DNA from: Chlorokybus atmophyticus
Taxonomy: Eukaryota > Plantae > Mesostigma and Chlorokybus algae
NCBI GenBank assembly: GCA_009103225.1
Contig: RHPI01001403.1
Coordinates: forward strand, 40,327 to 104,326
Reading direction: 5' to 3'
Length of the DNA: 64,000 nucleotides
Shown here: one piece after another, positions 12,590 to 24,178 of the stretch
How positions within the stretch are numbered: the stretch's first letter is position 1
Layout of the letters: every line of letters starts with the position of its first letter
The notes under the pieces: model-generated
What the model saw: the letters and a program-made list of their open reading frames with translations, nothing else
What the model was told of the DNA's origin: nothing
The model's database searches: none
Position numbers and translations under genes: made by a program

Positions 12590-13800
12590 CAGAACACTTG
12601 ATCGATCGCTTCCTCCGAGCGCGCAAACATCGCATTGCTGTTCCGTGGAGATTGACGGCGTGGAGCTGTCACCTTGAAAGTCCAGCTTCTTGAAACACCT
12701 GGGCATCTGTCCACAAGCCTGCATGGAACACCATGAGAGATGTAAGCGACACTGCTAAGGCATGCGCCCATGCGCCGAGATGAATGTGTTCAATAGTGCA
12801 AGCTCTGCAACATGGCACACAACTAAGTAGTGAGGCTGCAAATAGACACACCCGCGCTTAGCCCGGCAGCGAGTGCAGCGCCCAGCGCTGTCGTCTCCAC
12901 ACCTCACGGTCGCTCCACAGTGATGCCCGATATGTCAGCCCGGCCAAAGCAGTGAGTGGGTATGACGGTTGTGCTGCCATTGACGTCAATACAACGCCGC
13001 CATCAACGCGCAAGAACTTCAGCTCCGTACTTGCATATGACTCCATGGTGTCCCCAACCCCTCTAACCTGATTGCCACATGCGGGCACACACACGTGCAC
13101 ATGCAGGCATACTTGCCTGCTTGAGGCATAGCCAAGTGTGGGACTAGCAGATGGAGTGAAGAACTGTGCTTGCATGTTGTAACTATTTCGGTTGGCTACA
13201 TATGCTATTCAGTATGCATTGCGTTCAACTTGCCTTGCCTGGAACGCGATGGCTTCCAACACAGCCCTGGCAATGTGAGCTTTGTTGTTGGCGTAGCGTG
13301 CAAGACCGGCACATATGCCACGCGCATCCGCACGCCAACGCGGTGCCAGCAGCCCTTGCAAAGCGGGCACAGATACCACCCCTGCACTGTCGAGGACGGT
13401 CTGCGCCAGGACTTCACACTCATTCACATTGTTGATGCTACCAAGGTTATTTCGCAGCCACTGCAGCCAATTCCAACATGTGTGTGTGGGTGTGACACAA
13501 CGCTGCTCCTACCTGAAAACAACTGCACCTGCCATCGCCACAGAGCCCTCCAGCGCATGCACTGCAGTTGTGCTTCTTTTTCCCAACCTGTAGCACACGG
13601 CGGTGAGAAGGCCCGATGACGACGGCTTAGGCTGCTCCCCCGTGTTCAGCAGCATGACATGTTCTTGACCTGCAGACGTGCTCGGATGTTTAGAAGAGAT
13701 GTGGCAATGTGACTGAAGTACGCATGGACTGTACCTATCCTGGCAGACAACACCCCGAGATGGGCACGCCCTTAGGAGGTCCCGTGTCAATGTGGCCCTG
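12590..13800 (-). pseudogene. GK: Glycerol kinase pseudogene, C-terminal part
   Basis: FGGY kinase motifs in canonical order: [85 protein letters not shown]; several frameshifts and stops. Confidence 0.85.
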
Positions 13801-14293
13801 AACCTCTGCGTTGCTGGCATGCTAGCGCAAGCCAGTCAAGAGTAAACTCCTGAAGAAACGTTTGTGGATGTGTGCTTCACTGCACCTCACTACAAACTGC
13901 CCTTGGGATTGTAGATATCTACGATATCCATATGCATATCGCTAATAGCAAGGTTCATATCTATTTTGCGGACCCGCCACAGAAGTTTACCCGTGAAAAC
14001 TAATTCATCAGCACTGCTACAAAACCATCATTAGCATCTACAATATCATGATTAATGTCCATGTGAACCTCGATAAAATCATGGTAAATGTTCGAAAGTG
14101 TCGCCTACAATACAGCTGTAGGTGTCTATTATAATGTTTTATACATCTATAATGTCGGTATTGTAGGGTTCTTGCGGTCATTGTTGAGGCTGCATGCGGA
14201 TGGGTTATATATATGCAATTGATTGATATTATCATTATACGCATGGACATGTTTGCGAGCAATCAGCTGGGCAATATAGTGAACAAGCCCTAT

Positions 14294-14490
14294 ATTATCA
14301 ACAAGGATATCGACATTGTAATGTTCGTACATTGCATTATCACCAAGTTTATCAACATTGTAGCAAAACTTCACTGCATTATCAACAAGAACATTGACAA
14401 TGTAGCAAATGTACACTACATTATTAGCAAAGTTATGGATATTGTAGTAGATGCGCACTGCATTATCAACAAGGACATGGATAGTGCAGC
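14294..14490. repeat. 42-bp subterminal tandem repeat of element A, 5 copies
   Basis: ATTATCA(A/C)CAAG-like core at 14294, 14336, 14378, 14420 and 14462; period exactly 42. Confidence 0.9.
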
Positions 14491-14544
14491 AAAGCGCAGT
14501 ACAGCAGAACCCGCTGCAACTACACATGAGAGGTTCTACCACGT

Positions 14545-17281
14545 CTAAGTCTTGCTCTTGTAGAAACCGCCGATGCAGCCTTCAAACGCGCAACCCGAGC
14601 CCGCGCACCGCACATGACGGGCATAGCCTGTCGGTGCTGTCAAAGCATGCGAGTTTATTTTGAGGTGCTCGATAGCATAATACAACTTGGAGTACAGCAA
14701 GTGAAAGCAAACTTGTACTTACACATGCCACGCAATGCGATGTGCCTCATCCGGATCAAGCTGACGGAGGAATTCCTTATCATTCGTGTTGACTAGTATG
14801 CGGGTGTCGGGCACAAGTACCTTGCGTACCCAGATAGGGACCTCACCTGCAAATGGTTATCCAAATTGAGACAACAAACTACCCAAAACAGCAACAATCT
14901 TGAAGACTTACCAACTTTCAGTACAGTCTTATGCACTCTGCACTCTGCCTCCTCAGATAGCGCCTCCACAGTGCCTTTGGCTACAGGCACCTTGCTCTTG
15001 GAGCTCCACAGCAGGACTGCATCTTCGTCTTTGAACTGGAAGAAGCCTTGGACTTCGTCCTCCGGTGAGGGGCTCTCTTCGTTGCGAGCCACAAGTTGCT
15101 GAGACGCCTGTGCACATTTATAAATGTTGTGTTGTGGTTATGCAAGACAAATGTGTTGACAGATGTGCTCTTACCTTCTTGTGTGCTTGACGTGCCGACA
15201 TGCGCGTAGGAGACACCACCTAAGGGTTGACCATTGTTAACCAGCAGCACATCTTGTCGTTAGCAGCAGCGTTATTTACCTTGTTCTTGGCCGCCGTCGT
15301 GCTCGCGGCCTTGGCCGCCTGCTTCTTGGCTGCCTTCGTGTTCGCGGCCTTGGCAGCCCGCGCCTTGGCCGCTTGCTCCTTGGCCGCCTTCTCGTTGGCG
15401 GCCTTGTCCTTGCCCGCTTTCTCTTTTGTCGCCTGCATTGCCAATGGCATGGTTATCAATGTACTTTCATAGTGCACAAGACACAGCCATTCAATGACCG
15501 CACATGGACAATGCCCTCATCTTTGTCGGTGGCCTCCTCGTCGTCCTCATCGCCATCATCAGCGTCCTCCTCATCAGCGCTCTGTGACCCGAACCGTTGA
15601 CCAATTTAATAAATAAAAGATTGCCACGACTTAGGCAGCAATACCTTAGACTGTTACACATGATGTTTGCGAGATGTAGGTGGGTAAAAACACTACAGGT
15701 GTTGACCCACTACCTTGTCCTTGTCTGACTTGCTCGCGGCCGCCTTCTCCTTGGCTGCCTTCTCTTTGGCTGCCTTCTCGCGTGCTGTCTTCTCGCGTGC
15801 AGCATTCTCGCGCGCTGCCTTCGCGCGTGCTGCCCTCCCTTTGGGAACCTACTCAGCATAACTGACAATGCAATTGGATTGTGTGATGTATATACAAAAC
15901 CTTACATTATCAATGCATGCACCTGTTTAGCGGTGGCCTCTTCCTCAAAGGCCTCCTCATCGCCACCGCCATCGTCGTCTTCCTCCTCGTCCTCCTCATT
16001 GTCGTTAGTGTTGTTAAGGCCTTGTCTGGCCTCATCGTTCACAAAGTCTTTGGCTGTGACCTACGACCAGAAGCATTGGTTAGTTTAGTGAGCAACACAT
16101 TGGGACGGGTCAGGCAGCCATACCTTTAAATACTTAAACTAGACACAAATGGACAAAATAGACAGCAACAGCAGCAGTATCAATATCTGCATGGACATTG
16201 TAGCTAACATTCTGACCTTGTCTTTCTTGGCCCTTCCTTGAGTCTCGCCTTCTTTAAATGGTGATGCGGGCTGCACATACACTCAAATTAGTAACTGCTG
16301 ACTACACGCACGCATGCATGCACGCGCACGCACGCGCGCGCGCGCACGGACGCATGCGCATACCCACGCTAACAACCTAACCTTCTTTCTCTTCAACTTC
16401 CGTTTGACGATCTTTCCCTCCACTGCATTTTCTTCCTTTGTCTTTGCACTCTGTGCACACATGTAAAGACTTCACACATGCTTATACTTACACACCATGT
16501 AGATGTTGGATTTAAACTTACCCGCTTGGCGGTATACTTCAGTTGCGATAACTTGCGTAAAGCCTCTTCTCGAAGCTTCACCGCACTCCATTTGGGGAAA
16601 TATATCTGCAAGGCCCTGTTATACATAGACGCATGTATGCATGAGCACTTGGATACAAATGCCTAATGTTTAATGTGTGATGTACTTACGTCTCCAACAT
16701 GTCCCTTCTGCCTGGAGGGATGTGCGTCCACTTGGTGCCAAGCTGGATGTACTTACAATCTACGAAAAGCTTGACTTCCTTCTGCACACCAGAAGGAAGT
16801 AGACATGCATAGTAGCTTTGCGATTGCCCAATGCCAAATGCCCATGCTTACCCGGACTCCCTCGCCGTAGTCCACATCATCTTTGAATGCGTACGGGGTG
16901 ATGGTCCCAAACTCAACCCTCATCCTCTTCCTCAACTGTCAGACAGCAATTATTGGTAGCTATGTTGGTTAGATATGTGCAAACACAACGCAACCTATCG
17001 TGTGCTCCTGCGCCAGCTCCTTTTCCCTTTCATTGGAGGCTTTGGCGTTGTCGTCCTCCTCGACTTCCTTACCTGCAACAACCACAAACAATGAGACCAA
17101 CAAACTAGCATACTTCACAGCATGCTCACACACTACAAGTAAGCGTACTGGTGCTTGCAGAGTGCCTCTGCTGCTGCTTTTGGTGCTTCTCAAACGCTTT
17201 CACAAGCTTGCCAATATGCTTGTCGGTGGGAGAATCCACCTCGTTGCTCATGATGACTGGCTTCTGGCTCGCTGCAACCAT
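14545..17281 (-). CDS. TnpA/TNP1-like accessory protein of element A (multi-exon, probably disrupted)
   Basis: ATG 17281 (MVAASQKPV); exons KEVKLFVDCKYIQLGTKWTHIPP and ALQIYFPKWSAVKLREEALRKLSQLKYTAKR; Lys/Ala-rich region; VPVAKGTVEALS...HRIAW; final exon HVRCAGSGCAFEGCIGGFYKSKT-TAG. Confidence 0.65.
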
Positions 17282-17519
17282 CAGTTGTCAAGCAGACAGC
17301 CTAACTGTATGCGCGTGTGCTTGTGTGACTGCTGCATGCCTGCTGAATGAGTGATGGTCTGTGCACAAGCATGCGCATACAAGTGTTTGTGCGTGTGAGC
17401 GTGAGCGCATGAATGAGTGAAGTGCAGGAGCGTAAGCGTGTGCGCATGTGACCATGTGTACAGCAGAACCTAGTTGTTCTCTCAGAGCCAGCATTTCTCA
17501 GAGACCCAACTTGTCACAC

Positions 17520-17620
17520 CTTCAGATTGGTCCAGTATGGTCGTGTAAAGTGTTCAGCGAGGGCTTCGCGCCACGAGGGTTCGGTAAGCAGCACCTGGAG
17601 CTCAGGGTACTTGCCCCTCT
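17520..17620 (-). pseudogene. UNG: Captured uracil-DNA glycosylase (UNG family 1) exon
   Basis: 101-nt exon with CTCCAG acceptor and GTGTGA donor encodes RGKYPELQVLLTEPSWREALAEHFTRPYWTNLK, matching the start of the UNG catalytic domain (LLxExSWxxAL.xEF.KPY). No catalytic GQDPY exon seen. Confidence 0.7.
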
Positions 17621-19243
17621 CTGGAGAAAAAAGGACAATGCCAGTGAGCAATGCGCGTGCATTCCACCACGCAATTGGTATAAGGACTGCAAGTAAAACA
17701 TGCATGTGTGCATAAGCCCATCCGTGTGCGCGTGCATTTTGGGGTGAGTCCGCATGTGTGGGTGTAATTGGTTGTGTATGAATGTATGACTTACGGAAGG
17801 ACAGTAGCTGGAGAAGCTGCGAGGCCAGAAGCTTCTTAAGCTGCGAGGCCTTGTCGCTCCAGGCAATGGATGCTGCCGTTTTCAGGTACAGCACCTGGCA
17901 ATGCAAACACAAGGAGTCAGAACGCTAACTTACTTGTTTATGTGCGCGTGCGCGTGTGTGCGCATGTGACCACCATGTGTACAGCAAAACCTAGTTGACA
18001 GCTAAAACCAGCAACAATCAGCAACAACCAACAAGCTGGTTGTTGCTGATTGTGCTACAAGCAACAAGCTGGTTGTTGCTGGTAGCAGCACAACAACCAA
18101 CAAGCTGCCCACTGTTGACTTGTCCATTCAACAACAACTACTAATGAAAAAGTTACCAATACAGAGAGGGGATAAGCTATCAACCAGCCACAGTTAGCAA
18201 CAACCAGCTTGTTGCTAGTAGCAGCACGACAACATGCCCACTGTTGCATTGTCCATTCAACAACTACTTTCGAAAAAGCCAACGCAGAGAGAGGGGGGGA
18301 GGGGATAAGCTATCCAACCAGCAACAGCTAGCGTACCTTGTAGCACCATTTCCTCATGTATGCCTCGCCTCACACGCTTGTCGCCCAGAATGTCGCCGCC
18401 TTCAGTTTCTGATTGTCACGTTGAAGCGCAAGCAGCGCGAAACCCTAATTAAAAAGCCCTAATTAAGGTTATGCATGTGCTCACGCTAACATTATCGCTG
18501 ATTTGACACATTACTCATGTGTTATGCTAGTGTTTAGCGCCGCAAAACACCCAACAAACCCAACCAAATGACATCATGCAACATCAATTGCCAATGCAAT
18601 ACCGGTAGGTTGCTAATTAATTAAGCAGTGCAAAAATAGAAGTGATGCTCCAAGAACGCACGTGCGCAAGGCAGGCATGCAGTTGCGAGTGCATGGCGGG
18701 CGAGGAGTGAAAGGACAGCCGGGAGGGAGGCGGCGAAGGGAAGGGGGGCAATAGGGAGCTGGTTGTGGTTGAGGTTGTGGTGGACAGGCGGCGGAGGTGA
18801 AGGGGAGCTGGAGGTACGTAGCTGGTCTGGAGGAACATTGCTGGAGTGACAACGTTGCTGTCACTCCAGCAACTGCAGGCGGCGAGAGGGAGGGGGTTGG
18901 GGCAGTGTTCATGCCTCGGGGCATGGGGAGGGGGAGGGCAGAGGGGGAGCGTTGCACAGCAGGAGAATTGGAAGGGCGGCCACAAACATGTCCGTCCAGC
19001 AGCTCAGCGGCCTCAAGTGATACTGAGCCTGTGAGCGCCGCTAAGTCTGCTGAGCACTCACTGCTGCCAGCTGGCAGCCAACCTGCCCAGCCCGGTCCAA
19101 GTTCTTCGGACAACCCAAGTAGCAGTTCAACCAGCTCCGACAATGTCTTTAGTTTGAGGCATGTTGACCAGCTTGATCAGCAATCACAAGCTGGTCCGTC
19201 TCATGTACACTACGACGGTTACGTCATGTCTTGCACATCAATT

Positions 19244-19826
19244 GACCACGAATGGTCCGTACCTCTGGACCGGGATTTTCTCCTGCTAAATGAGATTAGC
19301 GGACCATATATGGTCGGACTGTTAATGACAGTTGGACCATGCATGGTCCAAATTTCACATGAATGGTACTATTGTCCCTTGAGACGCACCAGGCATGGTG
19401 GCCAGTATACATGAGATTTGTGGACCATGCATGGTGCGATGCCCCCTGGGATAGTGGACCATGCATGGTTTATTACTTCCTTCATGTCCAGTGACGGAAA
19501 GTCGCACCATACCTGGTCCATGGATATGGACCGGAAGTCTTGTTTGTTACTGAGATTGTACGGACCATGCATGGTGCGCTGCCCTCCTGGCACAGTGGAC
19601 CACATATGGTGCCGGTCTGGTCGACAATCGCACCATGAATGGTCCATGGCTACCGTCGAGGTGTTGCGCATACATGGTCCACAAGCGGCACCATATATGG
19701 TTCTGCCAGACACCGCACCATACAGGGTGCGGTCTACTTGATTTGGTGCACCAATCATGGTCTGTCATGATGTCCATGGGAGCCATGCATGGTGTGAGCG
19801 CTGTTTCATGCACCATGCCTGGTGCA
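19244..19826. repeat. Array of about 16 palindromic (G/C)ACCA-N4-TGGT(C/G) sites
   Basis: Examples TGGACCATGCATGGTCCA (19333-19350) and ACCA cores at 19303, 19388, 19424, 19458, 19506, 19564, 19599, 19632, 19690, 19717, 19750 and 19812; intervening sequences differ; spacing often 33-36 bp. Confidence 0.9.
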
Positions 19827-20159
19827 TACAATCCGCCACGCATACAATTCACAGAATTGCTGTAATGGGCTGTCAATAAATAGTCTAATCGTGATCATTA
19901 GTATCAAGCTAGCATCATGTTCTATACCTACAGTCTCCTATATGCACTGCACGCTGCTGTGGACAGTTGCAGTTGGACCCCATGTGAAGCCACTCCCGGA
20001 GATCTTTCCACATTGTGTGCTGACTCCCAGCCTCAGGAGCCAACAACAGCCTCAGGAGTTAGAGACACCCTTGCTTGACAGCCTCTGTGGACAGCCCCTC
20101 CAGCCAACTCATGCATCAAATATCTGCGAGACAACTGTGAGTCTACCTGTGCTTACACA

Positions 20160-22151
20160 AGACATACAGTATTGAGACACACATGTAACTGTAGCACAGT
20201 AAACCACGCACCTATGGATGACGAGGGCTGTCGCATCCACTGCCTCTTGGGTTGCCATGGCTTCTTCTTCCTTCCCTCGCTCAACAGCCCTGCAATGTGT
20301 AGTCATCATGACAACTACCCAAGGACTGTTAATGACTTGCAGTTCAATATGCACACCTGGTAGTTTGCGAGATTCATACCGCCACTCGCACCCTCCTTCA
20401 ACCTCGTTGTTCGCCACCAACCACTTTTTCTTTGCTGCAAAGCTGACAATTGCTCGCAAGATCCTCTCGTCTGGATGAGACTCCATTCGCTCAGGATCCT
20501 TGAAAGCAGCTGGTGACGACCGGTGAACACCGCGTGCTCAATGTGCTGGTAGTATTCGTACACGTCCATCGCCTGCTCTCTGGTGGGAGCATTTGGTTTG
20601 GTGTCGCAAACAATCGCAGCTACATAATCCAAGTCCATTGCAAATGTTTGACAGTCGGAGATGGCTCCAGCAGCCAGCACATGTCATACATCCGTCAATA
20701 GATTGCATTGGCGACTGTCCATGGGACAGCCTGCGACTGTCAAGTGACTGTGAGGACCACGAGTGCGCGGCGTAACATAGCGCCATACAAGCATGGTGTG
20801 ATATGTGTGTGCGACTGTTCGTGTGTGACAGAGTGCAACAGATAGTTGGAGACAATGCGTAACGTGATGTAAGAGATGGTATGTGTGCTGTTGTGAGTGT
20901 GTGCGCAAACGCGTGCCAATAAGTCATGCCGTGTGCTAACAACAGCCTTTACTGACCTCTGTGTCTGTGTCTGTGCTGTGCCGAGCTGCGGTCGTAGGCA
21001 GTATGTCCTTGATGCAACCCGGCACCCCAATGTGATCGTCGTTGCCGCATGCCTCACAGGGACAGATGCCTCCGCCGGCCAAGAACATCATGGGCCACTC
21101 CATCTCCCTGCCCTGCATGTTGTTTAACACAGAAACAGTCTTGCACTTATGCACCATACAGTCACAGCAAGAGCATATCCACAGCAAGCAATGTACCTCC
21201 AGAGTACGCCCACCATGGCAGCTGCTTGCCAGCTGGCCATAGAGAAAATGCCTCTCTTTTACAGGTAGGCGAATGCCATGGCACCTCAGGCAAGAGCAAA
21301 TCCTCTGGGAGACTTCTTGCTGCTCGGGTTCTTCAACAGCGTCTCTGTCACTAGTCAGCGCATGCAAGTCGTCAGTTGGCATGTCAACAATCTCTTGCAG
21401 GTCTGATTGTTGCCATGAATGCTGAGAGGGGGCAGCACTGCTGGTGCCGGCCATGTTTACAGTCGGCTGTGGAGCAGACTGTTGTTGAAGTGGAGTTGTC
21501 GCTGCACTGCCGGTGCCAGCCATGTTGACAATCGGCTGTCTATTGAATTGCGGTGGAGTGGCTGTTGCGGCACTGCTGTTGCGGGCAACATCGACAGTCG
21601 GCTGACCACCTAACTAATGCCTTGGGTGAAGTGTGGCTGACACTCTACTGGTAGTGATGCCGGCCACATGGACAATTGGCTGTTGATTTGCGAGAGGCCT
21701 ACAGAAATCCTGCAATTAGACCATATGCACTGGCACCATCAACTGACAGCAATACACAGCAAGGCAGCTAGTGCACGCAGTTCGTCGATAGTCTCCGAGC
21801 ATGGTGAAGGTAGCTGTCACAGCAAGGATAGTAGTTGGCATGCATAGTAGACCGCGTGACCATTGCGTGAGAAGAAAGTAAGGTAAGCAAGTAAACTTAC
21901 TGCTCATGCTGCTGGCTGATCTCGCCATCAAGCTGGTCGTGCGTGGCCTCAAGTTCATGGGCAGGCTGTGGGCTGTCAACATCTTGCTGGACATCAGCCG
22001 CAGCTCCCTGCTCCGGCAAGGGTAGGGAACTCTGTTGGCTGCGACGGCGGTTGTTCCTACGAAGGGTGTTCCTCTTACTGGCTGGTTGCAAGTTGATTCC
22101 CAGCTTAGCACTAATGTCCCTGGCAAAGTTGACAGCTTTCTTGCTTGCCAT
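20160..22151 (-). pseudogene. Orphan Cys/His-rich protein gene inside element A
   Basis: Telo-box 22240; ATG 22151 (MASKKAVNF); GTAAGT donor at 21900; four QP(I/T)V(N/D/H)(M/V)A repeats; Cys-rich ORF 20936-21523 (CSCLRCH..HCLLWICSCCDC..HKC..GICPCEAC); C-terminal ORFs 20315-20680 and 20109-20486; in-frame TAG at about 21614. Confidence 0.55.
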
Positions 22152-22254
22152 TGTTATTCCGCCAACATTCCTCCACCAAGGGCACCGCCAAGAGGCCGCC
22201 GCCACCATCAAGAGCGCCGCCGCCAACTCAACGAGCGCTAAAACCCTACTGCGC

Positions 22255-23190
22255 AGACCATGGTATTATGAGCCCATGCACGTGAGTTGACAGTCGCACC
22301 ATGCACGATGCGACGATCACTTTGACAGTAGTCATTGCCCACCGTTCGATATGCATGGATCGACGGTCAAAAGAGGCTGAGCTACGTCTTGGCCCAGCCT
22401 TTGAGCAAGATCAGTTCAAAAACATAGTTAAACTGGGGGGAAACTGGGGGGAAACTCTCATGACTTACCTGTGAGAGCTAACAACGGTACGTATACACCT
22501 GATCATTTTTAGTGCAGCTTGTTTCCAGCAGTTTTTCTTACTTGACGCGCCAGCAGTGGTCCACCTTAAGCATTAACAGTCGGACCATGCGAATCAAGTT
22601 GACAGTCGCACCATGCACGGTGCGACTGTCAATGTGGGCAACTGATTGGCTAGGCATCAGAGTTTCATGACTTGGTAAACACTGCTGGCGCGTCAAATAA
22701 AGAAGGGATTATAGCAGCCACTTCCAGACACCGTTAGTGCGCCTCTTCTCAGGAGCGTACAAGGACCATGCACGCTGACCCCTCTACGCGACTGAGGGAA
22801 GGGGCGTATTGACGGTGGCTGCCGAAGCTGCGGAAAATGTGGTATGACTTGAATATATGTAGGGTGATATTGGCTAGTTTTGCGCACACATTAGGTGTCG
22901 ATATGACCGTCGATCTATGCTGATCGAATGGTGGGCAATGTATCATACATAGAGTTAAGACTTGACAGTCGCACCATGGTGCGACTGTCCATGAGCTGAG
23001 CATTCCTCAGCAATGGTCCGCCCAATCATTTATGTTTGGACCAACCTCGGACCATGCATGGTTCAGCAATCATGGAGAACCGACCACGAATGATCCGTAC
23101 TGTCGTATAAACTCGGACCAGGAAGGCTTGGTTAGGTTAAAGACCATGAATGGTCCGCAACCTTACGAAAATGTGGACCAGTACAGTCGG
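22255..23190. repeat. Second cluster of ACCA-N4-TGGT / GACAGTCGCACC palindromes
   Basis: GACAGTCGCACC-ATGCAC-GGTGCGACTGTC (22601-22630); perfect 26-bp palindrome at 22964-22989; further sites at about 22290, 22765, 23048, 23080 and 23141. Confidence 0.85.
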
Positions 23191-24178
23191 GTCGCCCGAG
23201 GGGCTTTTCCCTGCTACCCATCTTGCAAGCCTCGACCCCGTGTGTCGGGCGTGATCAGCGTGTTACACGAAGAGTCGCATGGAAAGTGCTGGCTGCCGGG
23301 GTTGGGCAGTCATGTATTTGCGCGTGGATTCATGGCGGATCGAGGTGGGACGTGATGGGTTTGGAGGATTGGGTGGGGTGGTGAGTCCTCAAGCTTCGGT
23401 GCGGGTCGCGGCGTTGCGTGGTATAACGGCGTCGTGACTCTGCAACCCATTTTAGCATTTTAACTGAATATGACCGGCCAAATGTCGATGCTGTTTAACG
23501 ACAGACTAACGATGGTGTTATGTTGCGAGCAGTCGATTGTCAACGCATGCATGTCAACAAATGGTTATTGTATGTTGTTGTGCTCATGCAAGCGATGTGC
23601 CTCGCCGACGATCCACGCGACCTTGCATGCATCCAATCCAGGCCGCCGCCGGCCTGGTGCCCAGGCAGGCGGCGGTCACAAATGGCGCAATGAGGGTCGG
23701 CGCTGACTGGCTGGTCGGCTCTAGCGCCCCCCCACTACTACAGAGCACATGCTGCAATGCCGCCGCCACCTCTCCCTGCGGCACACAATGACGCCGCCCT
23801 CCCCACCAAGGAGGAGGTGACGGTGGCCCGGCATGACCGCGCGGACAACCCGAGCAACCCGCGGACATGACACGCATGGCATTGACAGCCCGATTGACGA
23901 GCGTGGCACTTCACGTTGGTCCGCGGCGACACACGCCGACCAGACCGCGCAAATTGTTGACATTCGCTGCACACGGCGTGTCACATCCTGCTCGACCAAC
24001 CGAACAACACAGGACCCGCCGTGCCCCAGCATGGCACATCCCGTTAAAGTAGCGAGTTTTTTGCTCCCGAGGCAAGGCACATCCACGCGGATGCGCCGAC
24101 CCCAAACTTCTTTGTATTCAAGCCAAACCCTCGGACACACGGCATGTCGCGCGGAGGCGACAAGCCATTTTCTGCAAG

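Noticed and set aside
14213-14548. ORF with 14-aa repeat as a real protein
   Set aside because: Explained by the 42-bp subterminal repeat; antisense and downstream of the TnpA-like gene, with no other coding support.
19244-19826. CRISPR array interpretation of the palindrome array
   Set aside because: Repeats are only 12-18 bp with variable centres and irregular spacers; no leader or cas genes.
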